Source: Octopus sinensis
Lineage: Eukaryota
DNA length: 64,000 bases
Direction: 5' to 3'
Assembly: GCF_006345805.1 (NCBI RefSeq)
Contig: NC_043012.1
Span: 31,868,001-31,932,000 of the forward strand
The translations under genes were made by a program, and so were the position numbers. Below are positions 27,401 to 42,443 of this stretch, piece after piece (within the stretch, counting starts at the first letter, position 1; each line of letters starts with the position of its first letter). Under the pieces are notes generated by a model. That model ran no database searches and was not told the DNA's origin. It was given only the letters and a program-made list of their open reading frames with translations.

Positions 27401-27654
27401 AAAAAGGGTAGAAAACAAAGAGGTAGTTTCTAAGCCAATCAAAATTTAGGTAAGAGAGAAAAAGAACTTAAGAGGGATAGAGAGAAAAAGAAATGATAGA
27501 GAGGGAGAGGCAGAGATAAACGGTGACCTAGATTCTAATATGATGGTACTTATTTGGGTCAGAGCATTCACTAGCGCTATTTGAAACCGCCATTGACGCT
27601 ATTAGTACAATTTGCCGACACCCAAGGATTGGGTCAATTTGTAAATGTATGCGT

Positions 27655-28060
27655 GTGGAGGCGCAATGGCCCAGTGGTTAGGGCAGCGGACTCGCGGTAG
27701 GAGGATCACGGTTTCGATTCCTATGATGTATACATGTGGAGGCGCAAAGGCCCAGTGGCTAGGGCAGCGGATTCGCGGTCGGAGTATCGCAGTTTCGATT
27801 CCCAGACCGGTCGTTGTGTGTGTTTATTGAGCAGAAACACCTAAAGCTTCACGGGGCTCCGGCAGGGGGTGGTGTCGACCCCTGTTGTACTCTTTCGCCC
27901 CAACATTCTCTCATTCTGTCTTCCTGTTTCCTGAGTAACGCTGCGATGGACTGGCGTCCCGTCCAGCTGGGGTGGGGTGGGGGTAAACATACGCCACAGA
28001 AACCGGGAAACCGGGCCCATGAGCCTCGCTAGGTTTGAAAAGAGGCGCTTAAAAAATAAA
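27655..28060 (+). mobile_element. SINE family S2 with a tandemly duplicated tRNA-like head
   Basis: gtggaggcgca(a/t)..ggcccagtgg..gtttcgattcc at 27655 and again at 27736; body with gctgcgatggactggcgtcccgtccag; tail aaccgggaaaccgggcccatgag. Confidence 0.9.
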
Positions 28061-28314
28061 ATAGCGTATACGAAAAATATATAATATATTCCCATATCAA
28101 GATTTCTCATACATACATACACACACAGACACACATATATATGCTAACACTCTGGAGAGACTGCACTTGCACCTTCTTATAGTAGGGTTGCAATTGCAAC
28201 GATTACTAATCGGTGCAACTGAAACATGTGTTGCTCTTAAAAGCAATATATAATTATAGTATTAAAGGTAATGCTATTGCTACTTCGGAGTAATCCTTAT
28301 TTCTAATATTGCCA

Positions 28315-28370
<56 letters not shown>

Positions 28371-28440
28371 GTGTGTATGTGTGTACAGGAATTTATATAT
28401 ATGTGTAGGTGTGTATGTATCTGTTTGCGTGTAGGTTTTT

Positions 28441-28725
28441 TTGTTGTTTGTTCCTTCTCAAGCCATGGCTAGCTCATAAGGGCCGGTTTCCCGGTTACCT
28501 TAGCGTGTAGGTTCCCCACCTGAACGGGACGCCGGTCCGTCGCAGGTGCGCTGCTAGATGCAGGAGGAAAGAGTGAGAGTAAGTTGTGGCGAAAGAGTCA
28601 GCAGAAGTTCGCCATTACCTCCTGCCGGAGCCTTTTGGAGCTTAGGTGTTTCGCTCATAAACACACACATCGCCCGGTTGGAGATTCGAACCCGCTTCTC
28701 TAACCACTAGGCCATGTGCCTCCAC
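28441..28725 (-). mobile_element. SINE family S2 variant (aacaaacaac tail), head partly deleted
   Basis: Reverse complement begins gtggaggcacatggcctagtgg and has the B box gggttcgaatc; same subfamily as 37691. Confidence 0.85.
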
Positions 28726-28786
28726 TTGCGTGTAGGTGTGTACGGATCTGTGTATACATGTATATATGTGCATGTATATGTGTATC

Positions 28787-28839
<53 letters not shown>

Positions 28840-29549
28840 ATACACACAAACATATATATACATGCACACACATACATTCACATAAGTATGTGCGTGTTTA
28901 TATTCATGTAACTTCACCAAGTTTGGGACTATTACTACTGCATCTTCCATAACATATGTTTTACACTGTTCAATGATACGTTATATATGCCGCGTCAAAT
29001 CGTCACACTTAATGTCAGTACTGTACACACGTGATATAGAAGACAAATTTGTTAATTCACTGCATGTTCGGTGCGGAGAGCTTTGGTAAATCATGTCTTC
29101 TATGTATAAATTGTACCACGGTACCGGTTTTCTGTTAACAATAAATTCCGATTGGAAATTTATTTCTGTGTGTTTGAGTATTTGTGTAGATGTTATGATA
29201 TATGTATGTACGTCTAGGCAAGTGTGTAAAGAATATTTAGACTATTATTGAATCATTCAAACTCTGTTCTTTCTTTTTCTCTATAGGTGTATATGCACAA
29301 ATACGTATTCACATAAGCATATAAGTAATTGTTTGAGAAGTTTTTTTACGTATTAATACCTGTTGACAAGTTTACGAAAGCTTTCACCTCCCTCTCTCCC
29401 AAGCGTACACAGAAACACACATATGTACACACTCATACATATATTTATATATAAGTGTATATAATATGTGTGTATACATGCATGTATGCATATGTATATA
29501 TATATATATATATATATGTAAATCTGTCTAAATAATCTTCCAATCTATT

Positions 29550-29616
<67 letters not shown>

Positions 29617-29644
29617 GTATATATATATATACATACATACATAC

Positions 29645-29676
<32 letters not shown>

Positions 29677-29888
29677 ATGTATGTATTTGTGTGAGGGTGT
29701 CTGTGTGCGTTAACGGTCAGAGTAACCTTCGGAGGGAATAGAAATGCAAATTATAGTTACATTGGCAATAAGTGAATACATGTACATAACAGACGTGTAT
29801 ACGTACGTAATACTGACATACACATGAATACATAAATAGCTATATGCATATGTATGTGTATATATGTATACATATATATATAAGTGTT

Positions 29889-29994
<106 letters not shown>

Positions 29995-30018
29995 TATGTA
30001 TATATATATATATGTATA

Positions 30019-30070
<52 letters not shown>

Positions 30071-30933
30071 GCATACATGTATGTATACACACACGCACGC
30101 GGCGCATATATGAAACATTGAATTGAAAATCTTCATAGTCTGCGCATTGTGAAATTCTGAACCTGCTCGTCATTGCATTCGCTGGACATAATAGGTAGCA
30201 TTCTTGTAAATTGAAGCCAAGCAACTAGCATCGAGCTGTAGTGTGATGGTACATATATCCCTTTGAATTTTTCGTGATTTGTTTGAGAAATTTTTCTTCT
30301 GAAAAGAAAAACAAATATTCAAAACGCAATAAAACACCGACGTTTTCACAAACCAATTTCTAGTAACAAATCTTTGTTATCACAAAAAACTTTGAACGTG
30401 TCACGATATAATTATTGAATCTGTTTATTCATAAACGAAATGTCAACTAGATTTATGTTTGTCTGTTTCCATCAATTCCTTCCACAATAGTTGAATGAAG
30501 TAAAGTTAAAAAGAAAGTGAAAGAAAGAAGTTACAGCGGTTTGAAATAAATAGATAAACATGTAGACAACAAAACGAAGGAGAGACAGACACAAAAAGAG
30601 TGAAGGAATGTGTACTTAGGCACCGACAAGGGGAAGAGACAGTGCAATACCATATAGAGAAGGATCGAACTAAAATTGTGGGTGGGTGAGATTGAGTGTG
30701 TAATTCACAAGTTGATTGAATAGAAGGAACTGGGGAGTGCGCTACAGTAGAGATGAGAAATTAGAGAGTTAACGTGATAAAATAAAAGGAGAATACGGAA
30801 TTAGTAAATGGTAGAGAGAATGATAGAGAAATCTATAATTATTGTAAGATATTAAAGTAGAAGACGCTGCGAGGTATAATGGAATGATGCAGCTGCTTTT
30901 GCTTGAGGGATAAAGTGTGGTAGGCGTTATATG

Positions 30934-31240
30934 GTGGAGGCGCAATGGCCCAGTGGTTAGGGCAGCGGACTCGCGGTCGGAGGATCGCGGTTTCGATTCC
31001 TAGACCGGGCGTTGTGTGTGTTTATTGAGCGAAAACACCTAAAAGCTCCACGAGACTCCGGCAGGGGGTGGTGGCGATCCCTGCTGTACTCTTTGGCCAC
31101 AAATTTCTCTCACTCTCTCTTCCTGCTTCTTGAGTAACGCTGCGATGCACTGGCGTCCCGTCCAGCTGGGGAGAACACATACGCTACAGAAACCGGGAAA
31201 CCGGGCCCATGATGCTGGCTAGGGTTGAAAAGGGCGAAAA
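30934..31240 (+). mobile_element. Full-length SINE family S2
   Basis: A box tggcccagtgg, B box gtttcgattcc, same body and tail as 27736. Confidence 0.9.
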
Positions 31241-32477
31241 TTGGGGAAGGAAAGGTGTTATATGTGTGTGTATGTATGTACATGTGTATTTGTGTGTGCG
31301 CGCTTGGGTATATGTATATACACACACATATATGTGTATATAATACGTAAGTATGCATATATATGTATACACACACACATACACAACACACAGAACACAC
31401 ACATACATATATATCGAGAAAAAGAGTGAGAGGAACACAGATAGAAAGAGTTAAACTGTTAGATAGATGGACGGAGAGATAGCGAGTGAGTGACTATCAT
31501 AGAGTGTGAGTGAATAAGATTAGAGAAGTAAGGAAATGAAAAGTCGAGGTTTGAAATATACAGAAGCTACTTGCAAGTGAAACAAACAGATACGGAATTC
31601 CTTATTCCGTCAGAAGGATTATCGCAAAATATCATTCTTTAATGTGACTCTACAACAAAAACCTCACACCACGGGATACAGACCCAAGCTTTAAAATGGT
31701 ATATAGAAAAAATAAACCTGAAATATGACAGAATATTGAAAAGAAAATGAAGCAACTCTTGAAGCAGACATATGTAAAATTACTGAAAATAGACAAATAA
31801 ATTTCAACGATTTTGACAGGTTCTACGCCAGTTAATTAAAAATGTTACATCATTGTATATTTATATTGTAGTAAGTAATACAACATTAGATCTGTTTATA
31901 ACCTGATTATATTTGATTGGTCATTTCAGTAGAAAGTGGTTTTAATTGTCAGACACTTACGACTAAGTAATTTCCGTTCTCCGAATATGCTTTCGGCGAA
32001 ACTACATTTACATTAAAGATAGTGACGAAAGTATAGACTTCCTTTATACAATAAATGATCTTTTGGTCGGTTTTGTCTGTTCTTAATTTTCCACAAAGAA
32101 GCTACGAGGAATCGTCGACATGTCTTTTCGGTGCAAACAGTAAGAAAAATAAATCTTACAAATATGAATGGTTTGAGACGAAAGTTAATATAGTTGCTGT
32201 TTTAATGATTCAGCATTGTCATTAATTTATGATTAGCAAACTCTGTTTATTTAATGTAGAAAAGATCGCACAATACGACACACTGATACACATGTGTAGA
32301 ATACGAATTCATTTATAAATAAAAAATTTGGTATATTTCATAATTTGATTGATATTATAAACATGTACATTATTAATTGACTCACAGTTAGTCTTATATA
32401 CATGTGCACATAAATATACATAAACATATAAATACGTATACATACACATAATTACCATGTCCATATATACATACTTA

Positions 32478-32575
<98 letters not shown>

Positions 32576-32631
32576 GTTTGTGTGCCTGGTGTTGTGTGTG
32601 CGTGCACACGTATACACACACACACAAACAC

Positions 32632-32709
<78 letters not shown>

Positions 32710-32724
32710 ATATATACATACATA

Positions 32725-33949
32725 CAGGGTTTGGACAAAATAATGGAAACACCTTGCATATAATATCATAATTTTGAAATATCTATAAAACCATCAATCA
32801 AAAGCTTGTTTATTTTTAAGTCTTTTTTATTTATTATTTATGTTGCTTAATATGTTTTGCTAAAATTGATATTGCTTTTCAGATATCATCAGAAAAGGTA
32901 ATAAAAGTTCATTAAAATGACAGATCTATCAGACTTTCAAAGAGGTCAAATTGTTGGTGCTCGTATGAGAGGTGCTAGTGTAACGAAAAGAGCCGAAATG
33001 TTTGGTGTGTCAAGAAATACTGTCTCGAAAGTAATGACAGCCTTTGAGAAAGATGGAAACACCTCCTTGTTGAAACAAAACTCCGGAAGAAAACCAGATC
33101 TTTCAGATAGGGACCGTTGGACTCTTACGCGAATTGTTAGAAAGGATCACAAACTACAACTCCCAAAATTACTGCAGCGCTTAATGACAACTTCGATAAC
33201 CCGGTTTCTGCAAAAACTGTTTGCCAAAAGCTGCTCAAAGCCAGATTTCACATGAGGGCTGTAATCGGAAAACCACTACTTTGAAAAACAAACGTTGGAA
33301 AGCATTTAGAGTGGAGTAAAAACCTACAGAATTGGTCCCTAGAGCAATGAAACAATGTTATTTTTTTCTGGGCTGAGTCATCCTTGACATTATTTTCGAA
33401 CACCGGCCGAGTATACATGAAGAGACAACCAAAAGAATTATTTGACCGAGACTGCCTTCTTCCAACTGTTAGACATGGAGAATATCTATGTTGATCTAGG
33501 GGGCTATATCTTGGAAATCCGCCGGCCCAATGATTTCCATTCATGGCAGAATAGTCAAGACTGTTTAAACATTTTATCTCATCAAATTCGTCCTGTGGTT
33601 GCAGAACTGTTTCTGGAGGGAAATGCAATCTTTCAGGATTATAATGCATAAAATCACGCAGCTAAAGTTGTTAGTGAATTGCAAGGGGAACATTCTAGTG
33701 AAGTTGAACATCTTATCTGGCCACCACATTCCCCAGATCTCGATATTATTGAACATTTATGGTGCATTTTAGAAAAACAAGTAAGGAGGTGATATCCTCC
33801 ACCATCATCACTACAAGAACTGGAAACTTTGGACGAGCCCACACCTCGTAGAATTCAAGCTATAATTACTGCAAAAGGCAGTCCTACCCCATATGAAAAT
33901 AAATTTCTTTGCAATTTTAAGGTGTTTACATTATTTTGTCCAGCTCCTG
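32725..33949 (+). mobile_element. Full-length, decayed Tc1-like (DD34E) transposon
   Basis: 30-bp TIRs cagg(gtt/agc)tggacaaaataatg(g/t)aaacacct with TA TSDs. ORF 32917-33255 has DLSDFQRGQIVGAR..SGRK; WPPHSPDLDIIEHLW near 33717-33760. Confidence 0.93.
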
Positions 33950-35786
33950 TATATGTTCATATATAAATACACACACATACACACACACAAACACACACGC
34001 GCACACACACACGCATACGTATATGTATAGTCGAATAAAATATTGAGCTGTCAAATATTTCATGCAAGTATATCTATTCCATACTTCTCGTGACTGTCTG
34101 TGAAGTCTGTGATATTGCTAATTCTCTTTCTCACCAATCTCGAATAGGTAGTATGACGTACAGTAATAGAAACCTTATTTCTCTTGAATATGGGAACAAG
34201 AATATCCCTGTAACTCATTACACAACAATGCTAGCAACTGTCTTCTTCTGGATGTTACATTTCACCTGAGTAAAGCTAATGATATTTGCGAACATTCTGC
34301 AGAAAAATTACTTGTTAGAGCTCATTTTTTCTTGTGCTAATATGTTATGCTCATAATTTTGCATGTTCGACGCATGAAATCGCTTATTGCAAATATGTTG
34401 GCCTGAAATTGTTAACATTATTATCTTCCACGAAAGCACATCAGTTTTAGCAATAGGTTTATGATGTCATTTCATTTTCAGTGTTATTGATTCAGAGAAT
34501 CTCATATTTTTCTTTCTATTATACATTGTATGTAACAGTTTTTGTGATATTCCATTTTTGAAATAAATTAATTTCCAGCAGAAGAATTTCTGTCATTGTG
34601 ATTTCAGTTATTTCTTTCAGCATTTCCTAGTCTTCCAGAACAATTTATATTTCACTAAATCAACCTGAAATATAATGATGCTAAAATATATATAGATAAC
34701 ATTTTCCTCACTTTATTCTTTCTTTCCTTCCTCCTCTTTCTGTCCAGTGTTTAAGGTTATCTAAATAGTTCGAGAAGACATTCTTTCTTATTCTGGCTCA
34801 CCTTATTTCTTTCAAGTTCTCATTTGAACTAGATATTGGTAAAAACGCTATGATTAGAATTTTAAGATTTGATCGAAATAATGAGGTCTGTAACAGGATA
34901 TAGACAATATAATTGGCAGCATTAGGAAACAAAACTTCTGCTACAAATGTTTTGATATTATTTGTGTATTTCTCGTTTTAATGTTTCCGATCTTTCTATT
35001 TTGTTCAGCAGAGTACTGTCTAAAATATATTAAGTAATTCAATAATAATTAAAGATGTTAATATTAATACATATGTTATATCAATTCTTTTTCTAAAAAT
35101 ATTTCAATTTATTCCTTTCAGGATAAGATGTTGCTAATACTGGGGGAAGAAATTAGGACAGAATAGCAGAGCGCTGAGGTGGAATTATGTTTCCACATAT
35201 TTAAACATGAATGTAGTGTTGAAAAATTCCAAGTCATCAGGCTTGAAAATGTTATAGTGTTAACAGCTGGTATAGCATGATTCTTGATAACTTTTCACTT
35301 GTACTCCTCTTCCGGGTTGTCGAATCACCCTCATTCTTTCTGTTAGGATTGTGATGATCTAACATTAAGATAAAACCTCAGAAACGTAAATTTGCTTTAC
35401 TAGTAAAATAAATTTATGAATATTGTGATGTGATATAACATGGTTGATTAGAATAACATTTCTAACTCTTTATTTGTTATGTGATTTACATAAGACTCCT
35501 AAAAGTATGGCTACACAGCTAACACAGCTTGCCAAATCTTTTTGCAATTATTGGGAAGGAATCCGAGAATCACAAATCATATCATTAATACTTTGATATG
35601 TGTACTAAAACTACCATTTCGAAATATCAATAATTTATTTCATTGGAGGAAAGAAACCTAAATCGAAACTGTCTTGTTTTGGTAGTTAGTACAGTGTGCG
35701 AAAATTGTTCGGTATGCAATCCATATTGGTTTTAAAAGAAAGCATAGTATAAAGATAATACAGTAAAGACAGGCTAACGTTTAGCC

Positions 35787-36621
35787 TCTAGATTAGAGAG
35801 TTGGGTCCTACTGCAATGTGATACTAAATATTGTGTTTTCCGTCTGTTCCATGGTGAATTCAAAGAATGGTTCTTCCATGAAGATGAACGCGTGCTTTAC
35901 GAATATGTAATTTCAGGTCTCTCGGTTATGAACATAGTCTGCACAGGTAGAAATTGTTTATTGATTCCACACAGTCTGATTGAATGCCGTTCTTTCTTCA
36001 TAATCGAAATATATTCCTTTTCCCATCTTTTGAACGTTAAACAATCATAATATGATATGCTGTTGCATTTAGAAAATGCTCTCTATAAGGAATATAAGAG
36101 GATTCCTTGTAGAGATGTGTAGATAATTGCACTTAAACTAAGGTTGGCGCCAGGTTACACCAAGTACTATACTGTTATGAGAGTTAGACAGTTCGCAGTA
36201 GCAAAACCACACTTCTAGAAGAATTGGTCTAAACATATTTCACATATTCCAGGTAAGAAAAATTCTTTGACTGGTTCACTTTTCCATTCTGAAAAGTTTT
36301 TTGACCCGTCAAGCAATAAATTAAAATGTTTATTTTTTAAAGCGATATGTAAATCACAAACTGGATTGAAATACATGAGATATGAATTCCTTCGTAGCAT
36401 TGAGCATTAATGCCAACTTTAAAGAATTAATTTTTGTAGTCGACCCAGAAAACAGAATTGTTAAAAAATTTATGTTTCAGGAAGAGTTGAAGAAAGTGAA
36501 AAATGTTTGTGCACCCATTTTGGTGAATCACAAACTCGGGAGCTCAAGTCTTACGAAGCAGATTATGTTTCTATTAATAAGCTCGTATTTCCTTTATTTA
36601 AAAAAAAATCAACTGAGTGCA
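35787..36621 (+). pseudogene. Candidate decayed coding region of unknown family (stop-poor frame plus one open, splice-bounded exon)
   Basis: One frame runs about 155 codons (35787-36252) with 3 stops and ends at CAG|GTAAGA (phase 1). 36481-36621 is a 141-nt open phase 1-1 exon bounded by TTTCAG| and |GTAAGT. Confidence 0.35.
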
Positions 36622-37690
36622 GTAAGTAACAATCATGAAGAAATTTTCATTAGGATATTTCTTTTTAAAGAAAGGGGTTAGTAAGGGATCGCGGGTCCAA
36701 ATATGCTTACTGAATACTATTGCACTGATAACAGATATACGCAGAGGGCAAAGCACGGCAGGAAATAATACATTTTAAACAACAAATATGAGTCCTGATT
36801 ATACTTTCATCAGTTGTATCTGTATGGGTTTTCAAAAATTACGTACCACACTAAAACGTAACCCGATGAAGAGATGATACAAACATCTTATTTCTCACAA
36901 AAAATGCTATAGGAATATATTAATTTCAGTCTGTGAAATGAACACAATTGTCACTCTCAGAGTTGTACCTTCGAATAGATTTAGATGAGATTGAGTAGCA
37001 TATATAAATGTCCAAATCGTATTGGTATTTAATTTTATAAAAACTAGGGACAATGCACGCGGTTAAAGTCTCAATAACAAGAAAAGTTCATTTTATCGTG
37101 TCCCTTCTTCTGTAGCGCATTGTGGGTAAAGGGTTCGGAAGTAAATTCTTTGAATATATGAACATTCGGAAAGCTATATCGAATATGCATATCTAATAAA
37201 AACATATTCACAACAAAATTAATTCTATATCGCGTTAAATATATAGTTCAATATATGCAGCGTGATTCACTAAAGTACTACTAAACAAACAGTATATCGT
37301 ATTAATTATTTATGAGGCAAATATTGTATCAATATCAAAAACAAAACAACAGAAAACAGAATGTGATATTGAGTACTTTGAGATGTGTTCCACTGACAAT
37401 TGCGATATTCTGAAACAGAGACAATTGAAGAATGAATATATTTGTCCAGGCAGATTGATGTAAGTCTTCAAATAAATAGAATATTTCACTTGGAGCATTG
37501 TATTAAATTTGTTTTTACTGCGAATCTGTTAATAACAAATACATCATAGATTTCTTGAAAAGACAATCCCGAATACTAGAGAGGATGTTTACATGGTTTT
37601 AGTGTTGGGTTTGCCTATAAATTAAACGTGGAATGTGTCGTGTTACGTTCATCGCCACGCTAAACGTAGGATGAAAACAAGACTCCAGAT

Positions 37691-37892
37691 GTGGAGGCAC
37701 ATGGCCTAGTGGTAAGAGCAGCGGACTCGCGGTCGAGGGATCGCGGGTTCGAATCTCAGACCGGGCGATGTGTGTGTTTATGAGCGAAACACCTAAGCTC
37801 CGTCCAGGTGGGGAACCTATACGCCAAGAAACCGGGAAACCGGCCCTTATGAAGCCAGGCATGGCTCAAGAAGGAACAAACAACAACAACAA
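37691..37892 (+). mobile_element. Internally deleted SINE family S2 with a 12-13-bp TSD
   Basis: aagactccagat at 37679-37690 and 37893-37904; the head is joined directly to gtccaggtgggg. Confidence 0.9.
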
Positions 37893-38520
37893 AAGACTCC
37901 AGATGAAAGACAGCTTCATGTAGGTTCTAAGCTGAGATTAGACTTAACTATTTTGTCACTTCCGAAATTTTTGTAGCCCTGGCACCATTTGTATTTATGT
38001 GTTCTATTGCTGTTTTTCTTTTAGCTAAACATGATTTAGTAGACCGGATATATACACTGAGAATAGTTATAAGCCATTCTAAGCCTGTCTATTTAGGAAA
38101 ATGTAAGACAACATTACAGAATATCTTATTTAATTACCCAAGTCGGTATAATACAATTGTAGTGAGATGTGCCTGTTATTTTTAGCAGATCAAGCAATCA
38201 AACAGAAACTTCTCACTAATTCACATACATACATTCTTAAGGTGAATGGGGTTGATATTATTTGATTAAACGATATTCGCGAAACTATAATTTAATAATA
38301 TATGCGAAAACAAAAAAGCTTCATCAGTTGAGAGATTAATAAATTATCAATTTTATAAGGAACACTTTCATAAATAAATTCCAATAAAGTGAATTTCTGT
38401 GCTTTCTTACAAATTTTTTAGTTATGAACTTGTTTTCTTTTGATTGAATATTTATTTGTGCAACGCGCTCGCCGGCATATACATATATTCAGTGTATAGA
38501 ATTAGCTGCATAACGTTTCA

Positions 38521-39738
<1,218 letters not shown>

Positions 39739-39770
39739 TACGTACATACATACATACATACATACATACA

Positions 39771-39801
<31 letters not shown>

Positions 39802-39827
39802 CTACATATATATCTACATATATATAT

Positions 39828-39889
<62 letters not shown>

Positions 39890-40293
39890 TAAATGAAAGA
39901 ATGGAGTCGAACGAAGATGTTAACAAAATTCTTTTACTCTTTCCCCTTGTAAACATCCTCAGAAAAGTCATACAAATGTAAACACTGGCAGAAACATACT
40001 TTCTACTCATATAAATGATTACGATAGTCACTGTGGTTTGAACAATTAGCTTTAAGTCCAAACCACTTCAATAGCGAAATTCTTTCCTAAGCCTTCGAAC
40101 ATTCTTTCAATCAACGTACCCTTCCCTCTCCACTTGTTCCCTACCTATTATTCCTTTAACCCTTCTCTTCCTACTATCTATCTTTGACGTCAATTCTTCT
40201 AACATTTTTTTTTTAATAAACACTCATTATCGTTTTGTTTACCATGTAGGCAGTCATCGAAATTTTTGTTTGTCTTGTTGTCGAGAGAGGCTT

Positions 40294-40386
40294 CCTTTCT
40301 TTCCTGATGAGAAGATTGCATAATGCACCCTTTATTCTTTTGGAACGAAACCATGTTGTCTTCGAAACATATGTCGAGAGTAAAGG
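40294..40386 (+). ncRNA. Canonical type I hammerhead ribozyme motif
   Basis: Stem I cctttctttc/gagag(t)aaagg; CTGATGA at 40304-40310; stem II GAAGA/TCTTC; GAAA at 40364-40367; palindromic stem III ACATATGT; GUC triplet at 40373-40375. Confidence 0.8.
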
Positions 40387-40449
40387 AATTATGTTAACAT
40401 CTTCGTTCGACTCAATTCTTTCATTTATTCATATACAACACACAAAATT

Positions 40450-41659
40450 CTGCACATGAACCCGGAGTTTCTAGTCTTGGACAGGTCGCTTCAACCGTGT
40501 TTCTGACGTGAATTTGCTACCCTGGTTTCGGTTCAACGAATTTTCCATGCTGACGATAAACATAGGATAATTCATTCACCTATTTAAATACTCTTATACA
40601 GTTTCGCCGAGAACCTGCTAACATAACCGATACCGCAAATGGAGTTGTTCAATATTAACGCCTCCCTTAAGGATATCCCTATACCAGCGAAAAAAGCCTT
40701 CCTTAAGGAAATTATTAACAAGACCAATGCATTTATCATCCGCATCAGATGGCTCGCCTTCTTCCACGACAATGAGGACCTAAAACGGACCAGTAACGAC
40801 GTCTCCTTGAATATAAAAAACTATTTAAATCGAGGAGCACTCCTCCACCTAATCGTAGATTGAAGAAATTCGAAGATGATCTTTGGGACATCGTAAAGAA
40901 TATTAAATTTCATAAATCACCCCTCAGGAATAAGCACCTCAGATACCTCGATAACGTCTCTAGAGATATAAACAGCTTAGATTCTATCCTGCACATGAAC
41001 CCGGAGTTTCTACCCTTGGACAGGTCGCTTCAACCGTGTTTCTAACGTGAATTTGCTACCCTGGTTTCGGTTCAAAGAATTTTCCATGCTGACGATAAAC
41101 ATAGAATAATTCATTCACCTATTTAAATACTCTTATACAGTTTCGCCGAGAACCTGCTAACATAACCGATACCGCAAATGGAGTTGTTCAATATTAACGC
41201 CTCCCTTAAGGATATCCCTATACCAGCGAAAAAAGCCTTCCTTAAGGAAATTATTAACAAGACCAATGCATTTATCATCCGCATCAGATGGCTCGCCTTC
41301 TTCCACGACAATGAGGACCTAAAACGGACCAGTAACGACGTCTCCCTTGAATATAAAAAACTATTTAAATCGAGGAGCACTCCTCCACCTAATCGTAGAT
41401 TGAAGAAATTCGAAGATGATCTTTGGGACATCGTAAAGAATATTAAATTTCATAAATCACCCCTCAGGAATAAGCACCTCAGATACCTCGATAACGTCTC
41501 TAGAGATATAAACAGCTTAGATTCTATCCTGCACATGAACCCGGAGTTTCTACCCTTGGACAGGTCGCTTCAACCGTGTTTCTAACGTGAATTTGCTACC
41601 CTGGTTTCGGTTCAAAGAATTTTCCATGCTGACGATAAACATAGAATAATTCATTCACC

Positions 41660-41660
<1 letters not shown>
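40450..41660 (+). mobile_element. Penelope-like element 5' region in a 540-bp tandem repeat (A-B-A-B-A)
   Basis: ctgcacatgaacccgg at 40450, 40989 and 41529. B encodes SLKDIPIP..FIIRIRWLAFF..FKSRSTPPP..FEDDL..IVKNIKF, an N-terminal pattern I recall from PLE ORFs upstream of the RT. Confidence 0.75.
41178..41585 (+). CDS. Truncated PLE ORF N-terminus (135 aa); the paralogous copy at 40639-41045 is frameshifted
   Basis: ORF track; the last ~17 aa come from the next A repeat, and no RT or GIY-YIG domain is present. Confidence 0.6.
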   Translation: MELFNINASLKDIPIPAKKAFLKEIINKTNAFIIRIRWLAFFHDNEDLKRTSNDVSLEYKKLFKSRSTPPPNRRLKKFEDDLWDIVKNIKFHKSPLRNKHLRYLDNVSRDINSLDSILHMNPEFLPLDRSLQPCF

Positions 41661-41695
<35 letters not shown>

Positions 41696-41696
41696 A

Positions 41697-41872
<176 letters not shown>

Positions 41873-42081
41873 ATAGAAATATTAAAATAACTAAGTCTCT
41901 CTAAAAGAGAACAGCGGCAGCGTTCCCGGAAAATAATAGTTATCGCCATACTAATATGGCATTCTTATAAAAATAAGAAAAAAGCTGTCCGCTTATTAGC
42001 TCCATGAGGCCATCGCCTTAAGTTAGCTATTTGATACACAAACTGTATCCATATAACCTTCGACACCTACTGGCTGGCTAC

Positions 42082-42123
42082 GCTGCATTGAAAAGGGGCA
42101 ATACCCCGAAACGCGTCTGTAGC
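42082..42123 (+). ncRNA. Minimal hammerhead ribozyme with U3:A8 core (copy 1)
   Basis: gctgca-TTGAAAA-gggg-caata-cccc-GAAA-C-GC-GTC-tgtagc. Confidence 0.7.
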
Positions 42124-42443
42124 TGCCGGTCAAGTAGTGTGGAGCGACTGACCTCCCTTGTTCGAAGGTTATATGGATACAGTTTGTGTATCAAATAGCT
42201 AACTTAAGGCGATGGCCTCATGGAGCTAATAAGCGGACAGCTTTTTTCTTATTTTTATAAGAATGCCATATTAGTATGGCGATAACTATTATTTTCCGGG
42301 AACGCTGCCGCTGTTCTCTTTTAGAGAGACTTAGTTATTTTAATATTTCTATTATTGAAAACAAGTGGATGTATTCCACCGAAACTAGGTAAATAAAACC
42401 ATCGAACAGAGATTGTCGGAAGCGACACCTACTGGCTAGCTAC

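Noticed and set aside
36215-36420. Minus-strand KHFNLLLDGS as an hAT/ZNF862-like transposase motif
   Set aside because: It is a single short motif with no TIRs, and the plus strand has better coding and splice signals.
40455-40560. Minus-strand HHR-like words in repeat A (TTGAAGC..GAAAC-TCCGG-GTT; GAAAC-CAGG-GTA)
   Set aside because: Core and stem II are too degenerate to support a call.
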